From an uncultured Acidobacteriota bacterium (GTDB lineage: Bacteria > Acidobacteriota > Terriglobia > UBA7540): DNA of 64,000 nucleotides. The position numbers and the translations under genes were made by a program. Location of the stretch: positions 6,070 to 70,069 of the forward strand of contig CAVTDA010000172.1 of assembly GCA_963733285.1 (NCBI GenBank). The letters run 5' to 3'. The notes beneath the pieces were generated by a model. It searched no databases and was not told the origin of the DNA. It saw only the letters and a program-made list of their open reading frames with translations. This document shows positions 1 to 9,880 of the stretch, piece by piece. How positions within the stretch are numbered: position 1 is the first letter of the stretch; every line of letters starts with the position of its first letter.

Positions 1-322
1 TTTCCTGCGCGCTCGCGCTCATGGCGAGGTCGAGGAAGCGGTTCACCTGAACACTGGTCGAGCCAGGCACGATGCGTTCCGCCAGAATGATCAACGTCTG
101 GTTTTGCGTGTCGTCAAAGAAGGAGGGCTTCCAAGCGCTCGCCGCTTCCGGCGTCGAGGGGGTTTCAACCGTCGCCCCGTTCAAACCTGCCTCGGCGAGT
201 GCCGGCGCGACTAGGCCGGCCCCGGCTCCTGCCACCATGCGCTGCACCCATTCGCGCCGGGTTAAGGCTCGGACATTAGAAGGCAAAGGCTTATTATTCT
301 TACTGTTACCGGTATTTCCCAT
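1..322 (-). CDS. gluconate 2-dehydrogenase subunit 3-like protein with Tat signal, N-terminal part (gene runs off the window start)
   Basis: Minus-strand ATG at 322-320. The translation MGNTGNSKNNKPLPSNVRALTRREWVQRMVAGAGAGLVAPALAEAG... carries a twin-arginine motif followed by a hydrophobic stretch. It is absent from the ORF track because it is open at the window edge. Confidence 0.4.
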   Translation of the reverse strand, partial: MGNTGNSKNNKPLPSNVRALTRREWVQRMVAGAGAGLVAPALAEAGLNGATVETPSTPEAASAWKPSFFDDTQNQTLIILAERIVPGSTSVQVNRFLDLAMSASAQE

Positions 323-876
323 GCGTTAGTGCCCTTCCTGGATAGGACGATAAGATGTTACCACCGGGAGGATATGAGTACAAGCGCGAGTCCGGCCGGA
401 ACAGAAGCCGCGTGCTGCGGTGAGGACGGTAACCGCCCGCCGATGCCGTTCCTCGTAGACATGTGCAGAGCTTTTATTGATAGCAAAGGACATACCCGGA
501 TAGACCTTCATTTTTGACATCCTTTTTCCTGCTGCATATCGCGGGGAGTCGAGGGACCCAAATGCGTCCGGATTGGACGAATGAACCACCAAGACACCAA
601 GGCAAGGAGGAATGCGGATTCGTACGCGCGTAGGGGCGGCATATCTCAATCTCCGCTGGTTTCCGTCATGGATTCCTTTTGCCTCCAGGGTGATTTGACC
701 GCAGGTGGTGGAAAGCGATCCTTTACCCCGCGACGAGGCGATCACCATCCCGAATCCTGCCGGTGGCGCGACCGGTCGGGAGGCCGCCACGGCCAACCCG
801 CCGAATGAAGATTATCACAATAGGCTACGTCTGTCAAGGGGGGAATTGAGGGGTGGTGTCTTATCTTAAGTGTAGA

Positions 877-916
877 GCCGACCTTCGGGTCGGCACATGC
901 TGACCTGAAGGTCAGC
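877..916. repeat. two adjacent REP-like GC hairpins
   Basis: gccgaccttcgggtcggc (877-894) and gctgacctgaaggtcagc (899-916) are each perfect 7-bp stems with 4-nt loops, in a noncoding stretch. Confidence 0.6.
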
Positions 917-1016
917 ACCACAAGGCGCATGCCGGTCTCAACAGGCTGCGGATCGATGGGTGTGCTGGATGTGATGCTCCGGGATGGGCTGGAAGTAACG
1001 TGGCGCGAATCCGTTT

Positions 1017-1157
1017 GGAGTGCGGCCGCGAAGCTGCCGCCTTATTATCCAAATGAACCTAAGAGCAAAAGGAAAAAGCGCCTGGTCCGGCAGAGGGGTG
1101 AAAGCACTCAATACGAGGTGCGTGCAAGGCAAGGCGGCAGCTTCGCGGCCGCACTCC
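1017..1157. repeat. 27-bp perfect inverted repeat with an 87-nt spacer, followed by a T7 run
   Basis: ggagtgcggccgcgaagctgccgcctt (1017-1043) is the exact reverse complement of aaggcggcagcttcgcggccgcactcc (1131-1157). A T-run follows at about 1162-1168. Confidence 0.8.
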
Positions 1158-1263
1158 AAGGTTTTTTTCGCAACCTCTCAAGCCCCAGCCCTAACCCACG
1201 GATTCGGAATTGCCAGAACGAGATGACGCGCCTTCAAACAAGGGGAAAGGAGACGCGTGAAGC

Positions 1264-1485
1264 CTATTCCTTCCCCAGTAGCGCCACGGTGCTGTTCCAA
1301 ACGTCTCCATCGGGGGTACGGCTGCTTTCCGTCCCGATGTGAAGAAGCTTGAGCCCGTGGCCGAGGTAGTGATTGATCTGGTCCTCGACGCTGTCCTGCG
1401 ACAATTTGAGCGCGGAGCAGTAATTACAACACTTCCAAAAGCTGCTGCTGACCTGAACGACCTCTTTGATCTTCTTCATATCCAT
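1264..1485 (-). CDS. small hypothetical protein (73 aa)
   Basis: Intact ORF with protein-like composition (…INHYLGHGLKLLHIGTESSRTPDGDVWNSTVALLGKE). I recognise no domain. Confidence 0.35.
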   Translation of the reverse strand: MDMKKIKEVVQVSSSFWKCCNYCSALKLSQDSVEDQINHYLGHGLKLLHIGTESSRTPDGDVWNSTVALLGKE

Positions 1486-1542
1486 CGCTTCCTCTCCATC
1501 GGGCGGTCAATTCGATGATATCGAAAGCGTCTGCCGCAACCA

Positions 1543-3221
1543 CTACTTATTTGCGGGGGGGTCCTCCGGGCGAATCGGTTTGCGCGGAATCATCTCATCC
1601 GTCATCGCCGCGTTATAGACGAAGGCGGCCATGACGGTGGCGGCCTGTTTCAAGTCCTCGGGGCGGATGTGCTCGTAGGAATCCACGTTGGAATGGTGCG
1701 TCAGGCCGTAGTCCAATCCGTCCTGGAGAAACTGAAATCCGGGAATGCCCACGTCGTCAAAGGGGATGTGATCGGTGGAACCGGTATTCCGCATCGTGAG
1801 CGTGGTCATGCCGAGGTCGTGGAAGGGCTCCATCCACTTTTCGAAGATGGGGCGCACGGCGGCGTTCTCCTGAAGGAAGACGCCGAGAATCCTTCCCGGG
1901 CCATTATCAAGGTTGAAATAGGCGGAAACCAGCTTTTGATCCGGTTTCAATTGCGGCGGCCCCACCGTTGGCCGAAGCCAGATGGGAAGGATCTGGTCTT
2001 GCGGGTCGGTGGATTCCTGGCGAAAGCCAAAATGTTCTTTCACATAGGCGCTTGAGCCGAGTTCTCCCTGCTCTTCGCCCGACCAGAGCGCGATGCGAAT
2101 GGTTCTGCGCGGCTGAACTCCGAGCTTTTCGAGCAGACGCACGACTTCCATTGCCACCATGGCGCCCGCGCCATTGTCCGTCGCGCCTTCGGAAGCGTGC
2201 CAGGAATCGAGGTGCCCGCCCAGCATCACCACCTGATCTTTCAGCTTGGGATCGACGCCGGGGATTTCAGCGATGGTGTTGTAACTCATGGGGTCATCAT
2301 CGTAGAAGCGCGTTTCCACGTTCAATTCCACTTCCACCGGAACATTCTTGTCGAGCAGGCGGGAGACGCGGCCAAAATGCTCCACGGAAAGTGCGACGCG
2401 GGGAAAGTCAATGGTCTTGCCCTTTTCGTAGGGGCCGCCGGACTGCAGTTGAATTTCGCCGTTTTCGCCGGGATCGCGGGTGATGTCAAGTACGGCCGCA
2501 ACCCTCTCCTCGGTGAAGAACTTGATCGAGTCGGCGAAGAACTGGTACCGCTTCACGGCGTCGGGGTTGCGCTGATTGGGCTTTCCACTCGGTTCAAACT
2601 GCTCGATCTTTTCCAGCTCGGATTTGGTCGCGCGGTTGAATTCCGGCTTCTCCTCGTTTACAGGAAGGCGCGCTTCTCCAAACAGAACGATCTTGCCGGC
2701 GAGCTTGCCGCGATACTTTTCCAGGTCGGCGCCCGAGGAGGCCTTTACTCTGATCACTTCGCCCGCGCAACGGCCCACTCGTGCCCGGCGTCCAGGCTTC
2801 GGGAAGCGCGAGGAATTGCATGTAGTCGGGCGATATCATCCGCACTTCGCAGAGCTGATAATCCCAGCCGCGCCCAAACGGTACCCCAGGCTTCCAAATG
2901 CGCATTGGCGAGTCCCCACTTGGCGAGTTCATCGCGTGTCCACTCATTCGCCTTCTTCATGTTGGGGGAGCCGGTAAGCCGTGCCCCGATGTTGTCGGTC
3001 AGATGGCTCATCAGGTCCATTACCTGGCTATAGTCGAATTCCTCCTGGCGCAGGCGGGTGATGAATTCCAGATTGGGAATCGGCGGCCAGCTTGTGGGAG
3101 TTGCCGTGGTGACGGCTTCCTCGGGCTTGGATTTCTTGGCGGCGTGGAGAGTAGTGGGGCTGAATGAAAACACAAGTAGAGTTGCGGCGCACACCGCCAA
3201 GCAGAGAGTTCGAAATCTCAT
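1543..3221 (-). CDS. secreted M28 family metallopeptidase (aminopeptidase), frame-disrupted in this sequence
   Basis: Pieces 2754-3221, the middle of 2594-2947 and 1543-2778 read as one protein. It has a signal peptide MRFRTLCLAVCAATLLVF and later GGHLDSWHASEGATDNGAGAMVAMEVVRLLEKLG, the M28 zinc-ligand region. Frame switches fall at C-runs 2884-2887 and 2762-2764. Confidence 0.85.
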
Positions 3222-3424
3222 AAGAACAGCATTCCTCCAAAATAGATTCTTGTCGTAACCAGTATACAGGAGTGGCGGCAGGCGCAGGCGCCCGGGGATT
3301 AATTCCGCGCATCCCGGATTGGAGTTGAGCCTGGACCGGATGAATCCGATGGAGTATTGATGGAGGTAAGATGATCCCGGTCACCGACGCAAGGAATTGA
3401 GCGCTGTTCAGTTTGGGAATAATC

Positions 3425-4471
3425 TCACGCAGCCGTTGCCGCCTGCTTCAGGCTTTGCGCCTGGATGGCGGTGATGATTGCCGCCACGACAATGTCCTCC
3501 GCCTTGCAACCACGCGAAAGGTCGTTGGCGGCTTTGGCGAGTCCCTGCAAAATCGGCCCGATGGCCTGGCATCCCCCAAAGCGCTCGGCCAATTTATAAC
3601 CGATGTTGCCGGCATTCAGATCGGGGAAAATCAACACATTGGCGTGCCCTGCCACCGGCGACCCCGGGGACTTGCGCTCGCCGACTTCGGGAATCAGCGC
3701 GGCGTCACCCTGGAGCTCTCCATCCACGGCCAGTTGCGGGGCGCGCTCGCGGACAAGCTTTAGCGTTTCCCGCACCGCATCGATCATGGGGTGTTCGGCG
3801 CTTCCCTTGGTGGAGAAGGAGAGCAACGCCACGCGCGGCTCGGCTTCGAGCAAGGCGCGCGCATTCGCCGCGGTGGCGATGGCGATGTCGGCGAGTTGAG
3901 ATGGCGTGGGCTGCGGAACCACTCCGCAATCGGCGAAGAGGGTTGCGCCGTCCACGCCCAGTTTCTTGTTGGGAGAAAGCATCAGGAAGAAACTTGAAAC
4001 GAGCGAGACCCCGGGGGCCACGCCGATTCCCAAAAGCGCCGCGCGAACCGTATCCGCCGTGGTGTTCAGCGCGCCTCCCACCGAACCATCCGCATCGTTG
4101 GCCGAAACCATCAGTGCGGCGAAGTTACGGGGCAGCTTGGCGGCGGCCAGTGCCTGCTCCGGCGTCAGACCTTTGGCCTTACGCCGCTGGTAAAGTGAAT
4201 TGGCATACTGCTCCAGCTTGAGACTGGACGCGGGGTCGAGAAGTTGCGAGTTCTCCAGCTTGATTCCGAGCGCTTGCAGGCGGGATTGGATTTTGCCGCT
4301 ATTGCCCAGCAAAGTCACGTTCCCCAGCTTGTCCTTTTCGATCAGACGGGCTGCTTCCAGTGTCCGATCCTCTTCACCCTCAAAAAGGACGATATGTTGC
4401 GGTGATTTTCGCGCTCGCTCGCGTAACTTCTCAAGGATTTCCATGAACCTCTCCGGTGACAGTAGCGGCAA
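3425..4471 (-). CDS. pta: phosphate acetyltransferase (PTA_PTB family, short form)
   Basis: 348-aa ORF. The C-terminal region [47 protein letters not shown] is typical of phosphotransacetylases. Confidence 0.8.
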   Translation of the reverse strand: MPLLSPERFMEILEKLRERARKSPQHIVLFEGEEDRTLEAARLIEKDKLGNVTLLGNSGKIQSRLQALGIKLENSQLLDPASSLKLEQYANSLYQRRKAKGLTPEQALAAAKLPRNFAALMVSANDADGSVGGALNTTADTVRAALLGIGVAPGVSLVSSFFLMLSPNKKLGVDGATLFADCGVVPQPTPSQLADIAIATAANARALLEAEPRVALLSFSTKGSAEHPMIDAVRETLKLVRERAPQLAVDGELQGDAALIPEVGERKSPGSPVAGHANVLIFPDLNAGNIGYKLAERFGGCQAIGPILQGLAKAANDLSRGCKAEDIVVAAIITAIQAQSLKQAATAA

Positions 4472-4684
4472 AACTCGTGGGATGTAAGTTGTACCTTAGC
4501 CAATTAATGACATTTTGTCACTTTTGCCCCATCCAGCCACTACTCCACCGCCGTTAAAGCACGATCAGTGCCAGATGTCGTTGCCAGGTTTGGGGATAGG
4601 ACCAAAGGAGGTAGGTTATTAGTCCCCGGTCCGTCATCTGACGGATCAAGCCGCCTCTACGATTCCAAACTGAACCGCCACCCT

Positions 4685-6315
4685 CTATCGCGCGACGATG
4701 GGCTCCGGCCCGCCCAGCAAAGCGGCGCGATGAGTGTGGGAGAGATTCATCGTGCGCCACATTTCAACCCCCCACCAGGCCAGCGCGGTGAGCTCGATAA
4801 AGCCCGTGATGCCCACCAGCGGGAACGCCACGCGGGGAATGAAGTCGGTGAGAATCTGAAGGATCACGCGGCCGGCGCACCCTACATTGAGCAGAATGAA
4901 GGGTCCCCAGAGCGATCCTGCGCCCTCGATGCCTACGCCGGCGAGAATGGGCACGACGCGCGAGGCCACTCCGACGATCATGAAGCTGACAAATCCCACC
5001 GTGTAGGCGTGTCGATAGGAGCCAAGGAAGGCATGCGAGAAACCCTGGTGAGTCAGCGCGCCATAAACGAGGAAGAAGGGAAGCATGGTCATGGAAATCA
5101 GCAGCCAGCCATAGGCGGCGTGGATGAATTTCAGGCTCCGGTCCGATTGGCGGGTTTTGGAGAAGACGCGAATCTGCATCACCAGTAGGACGGCCCACAG
5201 CGTCATAAGAAGAAAAGCCAGCTCAATTCCGATGCAGAAATAAAGGTTGCCGGTGGCGAAGAACAATTCGTAACTGACAATCTCCAGCATCAGCGAGCCG
5301 TTGATGAGCCAGAAGATGATGGCCTGGCGGTCGCGCTTGGGCCGTTCCAGCCCATAGACCGTGGGGATGAATCGCTGGCTGACTCCGGCAATGATCAGCG
5401 CGCCGAATCCAAGCAGTTGAATGTCGCGCAGGGGGCCGTCGATCAAGGCGATGCGCATGACCACTTGTTCGACGCCGACGGCAGTGACTTTGGCGAAGAA
5501 GAGCACATCGCTCACGATGGCCTGAACGAAGAACCAAAACAGCGACCCAAGTATGAACTTTTCGTAGATCTGGCGGGGCTCAACCGATTGCCGCGCGGTT
5601 TTGAGAATGATGACGATGAACATGGTAATGGCGGCAAGCTCGGCGCCGGCGCTGAGGATTCCGAGGCCCACTCCCACCGGCATCGGTTGCAGCAATTCCG
5701 CGCCGATGCGCGAGGCGATGCCAATGAGCATCAGAAGCAGCGTCAGGTTGGCGAGGTCGGGCCGCCAGAGCGCGACGTGTTTGAAGCGCGGAAACGACTG
5801 ATAGGCAAAGCCCATCACGAAGAGTCCCATCCATCCGAAGATCATGGCGTGGGCGTGGGCTTGAATGGCGGGCACGAGGCGCACCTGGAGAAAAGTTCCC
5901 CCATCGCGATTTGAACGAGATTGGTGGCGCCCCATAGAGCTCCCACGGTCAGCACGACGGCGATTCCGGCCTTGAAGAAGCGCCGGTAGATGTAATCCCC
6001 CAGCGATTCCTGATAAACGAACGCCGGACCTTGCGGGTTGCGGGCTTCCTCATGCAATTCCTTCACCAGCGTGTCGGCGTCGATGCCATGCACCGAAGCG
6101 AAGAATTCCAGCGACTCCGCGGGGCCATGTTCGCCGCCGCAACCTCTCAATCCATGCTGATCGAGAATGCGCCGCCCGGTGGGGCAGGCCTTGAGAATTT
6201 CCGGGATGCTCATTTCCTTGGTGATCAGCGTCATGTTGTTCTCCATTCCAATTTGCGCAAAGTGCATTTGCTCCGATTCCTGAACGATCTCTCCAACGTT
6301 CGTCTTTGTGGTCAT
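4685..6315 (-). CDS. DUF1858-domain / NnrS-like polytopic membrane protein fusion, one frame break
   Basis: ATG at 6315. The N-terminal part MSIPEILKACPTGRRILDQHGLRGCGGEHGPAESLEFFASVHGID resembles DUF1858. It continues into the 416-aa multi-TM ORF 4685-5935 (NnrS-like). The two frames join at C5 run 5898-5902. Confidence 0.65.
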
Positions 6316-6385
6316 TATTCCTATCCCGGTGGATTCTTTGGCGAACCTACGCTTACAGGATAGAGGCACCCTGAATGGGGCGCGA

Positions 6386-6444
6386 TGACTTCTGTCACGG
6401 CGGCGCGAGGCGGTTCGCACGATGACCTCTTGTGACTTCTGTCA
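6386..6444. promoter_or_regulatory. two identical TGACTTCTGTCA palindromic 12-mers in a divergent promoter region (candidate operator)
   Basis: tgacttctgtca occurs at 6386-6397 and 6433-6444 (TGAC-N4-GTCA), between the NnrS-like gene start (6315) and the radical SAM gene start (6491). Confidence 0.3.
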
Positions 6445-6490
6445 TCGCTCTCGTTTTGCGCAGGTTGTTTAATGGGGGGCGAGGTGAGGA

Positions 6491-7648
6491 ATGCGGAATC
6501 GTGCCGAGGTCAAACCCAACGTGGATTTCAACGAGCGGCCCTTCATCGCCATTTGGGAGGCGACGCAAGCGTGCGATCTGGCCTGTGGGCATTGCCGTGC
6601 CAATGCGCAGCCGCTTCGGTCCCAACTCGAATTATCGACGGCGGAAGCTCAGCGCCTGATCGATCAAATTGCCGAAATGTGAGTCCCGGTTTTTGTGATT
6701 ACAGGTGGCGATCCACTGAAGCGGCCGGACCTGTTCGATTTGGTGGAGTATGCCGCCGCGCAGGGAGTACGGACTTCACTTACTCCCAGCGCGACGCCGT
6801 TGTTGACGCGGGAATCGATTGCCGAGCTTCAGCGCCGGGGCCTGGCGCGGCTGGCCGTCAGCCTGGATGGATCATCGCCCGCGATTCACGACGCCTTCCG
6901 ACGCGTTCCAGGTTCCTATGCATGGACCTTGCGCGCCATTCGCTGGGCGCGCGAATTGGGTTTGCCGGTGCAAATCAATACCACCATCACGCGCCGCAAT
7001 CTCGATGACTTTGACGCCATGGTGCGACTGCTGGAATCGCTCGACATCGCGATGTGGAGCGTTTTCTTTCTGGTGCCCACGGGCCGCGGCCAGCGTGACG
7101 ATTTGATCTCCGCGGGGGAATTCGAGGAAATCTTCACCCGCCTTCATGAACTCTCGCGACAGGTTCAATTCGATATCAAAACTACCGAGGCGCAACATTA
7201 TCGCCGCTATGTATTGCAAGCGCGTAAGGGCCAGCGGGAACATCTGCGAAATACGGCGGCAACGGGAGAATCCTCAGTGCATACCGAAAGAAATAAGATG
7301 CCGAGGCCCGAGGGTTCGGACGGAATTGGCCACGCGCCGCGTGGATTGAACGACGGCAAAGGGTTTGTATTCATCTCCCATTTGGGCGAGGTTTTTCCCA
7401 GCGGATTTCTGCCCCTATCCGCGGGCAATGTGCGCCGCCAGCCGCTCGAGGAAATCTACCGTCACTCGCCCCTGTTCGTCGCGCTGCGGGATACTTCGAA
7501 GTTGCAAGGCAAGTGCGGGGTCTGCGAATTCCGCAATGTTTGCGGCGGTTCGCGCGCCCGCGCCTTTGCCCTGACCGGTGATGCCTTTGCCGAAGAACCG
7601 TGCTGTGTCTACGAGCCGGGGGTTTTGGCGGGGGCGGAGCGGAGTTGA
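6491..7648 (+). CDS. radical SAM/SPASM domain protein interrupted by an in-frame TGA
   Basis: CxxxCxxC motif (ACDLACGHC), VITGGDPLKRPDL, WSVFFLVPTGRG, and a Cys-rich C-terminus GKCGVCEFRNVCGGSRARAF…CCVYEP. ORFs 6491-6682 and 6695-7648 share one frame and are separated only by TGA 6680-6682. Confidence 0.8.
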
Positions 7649-7656
7649 GGGGCTCT

Positions 7657-8083
7657 AGCTTTTCTTGAAAATCCCTTTGAGGCGGCCCATCAGGCCGGGC
7701 TGATCTTCCTCTGAGGCGGAATCGGAGGTCAGGTAGGGATTATGCGGCTGTGCCGGGGAGGGCGCGGTCGGCTTTATCCGGCGGGGGCGCAGGCTCACTC
7801 ATCTTAGGCGCTGCCGGAATCGAGTTCACGGCAACCGCGGGCGGATCGGGCTGCGCGGGTTTGAGGACCGCCGCCAGGGGATCATCATCTTGAGCGACAC
7901 CCGGTGGTTCCGGTTCGAGTGATTCGGCGGGACCAATCCCGGTGGAGCCGCTTCCGCCACCGGCGCGCCACAGTGTTCGCAAAAATCTCCCCCCAGAAAA
8001 AGCGGCCCTTTGCAGAAGCGGCAGACAACCGCGCCGTCCTGATGGCGAACGGGTTTTTCAAACGCCTTCTTCAGCAATTTCAT
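7657..8083 (-). CDS. zinc-ribbon domain protein, probably frame-disrupted
   Basis: N-terminus MKLLKKAFEKPVRHQDGAVVCRFCKGPLFLGGDFCEHCGAPV (CxxC…CxxC). A Pro-rich linker continues in other frames, with a plausible end …GLMGRLKGIFKKS at 7657. Confidence 0.4.
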
Positions 8084-8417
8084 CGTCGATTTCCTGCGCG
8101 TTGTCGCCGAGGCTTGGCCGTTGATTGGCGGTCAAGGGGGGTGATAGTTCGGCGCGATCGCCGGAATGGGAGCGATTTTCAGATTGACGGTTGAAGCCGG
8201 GGTGCGCGGTTGGCGGAAGGGAGAGACTGGCGCGAGTGGGAGGGGAGCTAAAATCCCTCATTACCGGTGCGGTTGGGTCCGGTGAAACTGCCGGGATCGG
8301 CTGCCCGTGGGGACAGACTGACCTAAACGGAGACAGCCGCGCGAGGGAGGCTCCGCATTGAGTGCAGAAACGCAATCCTTCCGGCAGACCCGCCTGGCAA
8401 TTTGCACAAGTCTGCAT
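8058..8417 (-). CDS. zinc-ribbon domain protein
   Basis: Starts MQTCANCQAGLPEGLRFCTQCGASL (CxxC-N10-CxxC) and has a Pro/Ser-rich tail. Confidence 0.5.
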   Translation of the reverse strand: MQTCANCQAGLPEGLRFCTQCGASLARLSPFRSVCPHGQPIPAVSPDPTAPVMRDFSSPPTRASLSLPPTAHPGFNRQSENRSHSGDRAELSPPLTANQRPSLGDNAQEIDDEIAEEGV

Positions 8418-8679
8418 ACGCCTTGCCGCGGACTGAATCGGGTTCTCGTCTATACCTGAGACGCATATTATTACACCCTGAAGCAGTTCTCAAGCCAAGT
8501 TGTCGAGCGCTTGCAAAAAAGGACTATACCCAGGGATGACTTGTCGGTCGTCTTGCTTTGGGTGCTTCACCAGAGCCACGCGAAGCGAGACACTGAAAGT
8601 TCAGGCCTAAAGGTAACCACGCACCGCGAGCCGCATCTACTGATTGGTACCCTGAAAAACTGACGGGGTCCGGAGGCTA

Positions 8680-9194
8680 ATGAGCACCGAATTGATCCAG
8701 CATTTTCGCATGCTCGCGCGATATAACCGGATTGCCAACGAGCGAATTTACGAGTGCTGCGCGCAATTGAATGACGAGGAATACCGGCGCGAGCGAGCGG
8801 TCTCGTTCGGCAGCATTCACCTACTGCTCAACCACATTCTCCTGGGTGATCGGATCTGGATGTCGAGGTTCAAGGTGGTGGGCAAGTCGGTTCCTCCGGG
8901 CTTTGAATACGGTTCTCTTTGAGAATTTCGGGGATCTTCGGGTGGCCGGGAAAAAGATGTGACGCCGAAATGGAATCATTTTTTAGCTGGAGCAGACCCC
9001 GAATTTCTTTGTAGCGCGAGCTCGTTTATGTCAACAGTCTGAAAACAGGAATGCCGGGATGGGCGAACGGCCGATGGCCGTCAGCCACTTCTTCAATCAC
9101 CAGACTCATCACCGCGGTCAGGTTCACGTGATGTTCAGCCGGAACGTCGGTGCGGCCTCCGGCACTCGACCTTCACCGCATCATCGATCCTTAG
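8680..9194 (+). CDS. DinB family protein, frame-disrupted
   Basis: N-terminal piece 8680-8922 (…FGSIHLLLNHILLGDRIWMSRF). A later piece has HFFNHQTHHRGQVHVM, and the predicted end is …ALDLHRIIDP with TAG at 9192-9194. There are at least two frame breaks. Confidence 0.6.
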
Positions 9195-9231
9195 TCGTAG
9201 CCCGAATTTCTCACCACCCGAGTGGCTCGAC

Positions 9232-9385
9232 GGAAGGGCGGGGCTTTAGCCCCGCCGATGTTGCGGCTCTCGATCTTTTTTCGGACTGCGCCTCTCGCCG
9301 CTTGCGGCTGCAAGCGGCGAGAGGCGCGATAGGGGGGAAAACTGCATAGGTCTTGGCAACGGCGGGGCTAAAGCCCCGCCCTTCC
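9232..9385. repeat. nested palindromic element between convergent genes (possible bidirectional terminator / REP)
   Basis: A 25-bp perfect inverted repeat ggaagggcggggctttagccccgcc (9232-9256) / ggcggggctaaagccccgcccttcc (9361-9385). Each arm is itself a hairpin. The arms enclose an 18-bp-stem hairpin at 9288-9327 (gcgcctctcgccgcttgc ggct gcaagcggcgagaggcgc). Confidence 0.8.
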
Positions 9386-9407
9386 AAAAGCTGGTCAGAC
9401 TTCCGGG

Positions 9408-9880
9408 CTAGAAATTCTCCAGGATGTCGGTTACCAGGGTTCGTGCCAGGTCCTGGGAAAGCCGGTCAATGCGGGCCTGTCTTCTTCGAACAGGGCGGCG
9501 GGAGTTTCGCTGACCTGGTACTCTTCGCGATAGGTGTAGTTGCTGTTGGAAAACAGAATGCGGTGAGTGTGCTTGTCCACAAGTTGAACTTCCAGGTTGA
9601 CGACGACCTGCAAAGAAGTCGCAAGCCCGGTGTTATTGTCAAAGGTCATGGCGCGAGCCCGCAGGTCCTTGATGGTTCCTGTCAAAACGGCGTCAGCTTC
9701 ATCCGGTTTGGCCACGATGTTGTAATGCGTCCGCTAGAATCAGCTCGTGGGTAACGGCGGTGGTAACCTGCTGCTCAATCCGGAAAGTGGGGGAGAGATT
9801 CTTAAACGCCGGCACGGCGATGGTCTTGACGTCCGGGGGAATCCGCGTGGCCTGGCCCGCCACGTGGTAGCCGCAGGAGG
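9408..9880 (-). CDS. lptE: LPS-assembly lipoprotein LptE-like, frame-disrupted, N-terminus unclear
   Basis: Lipobox …FFPSCGYHVAG, then …IAVPAFKNLS…, ADAVLTGTIKDL, and a predicted end …LARTLVTDILENF (stop 9408-9410). The pieces lie in three frames. No in-frame ATG precedes the lipobox. Confidence 0.45.

Noticed and set aside
326-520. 64-aa ORF (MSKMKVYPGMSFAINKSSAHVYEE…) with a plausible RBS, ending 3 nt before the next gene start
   Set aside because: I have not reported it as a feature. After about 25 residues the sequence becomes Arg/Cys/Thr-rich and unprotein-like. It may be the frame-shifted 5' end of a decayed gene, but I cannot support a call.
6680-6682. Selenocysteine (UGA recoding) in the radical SAM gene
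   Set aside because: The codon lies in a linker before the GGDP strand, not at a Cys or redox position. I see no convincing SECIS hairpin immediately downstream, and no sel genes occur in the window. A substitution error or nonsense mutation is more likely.
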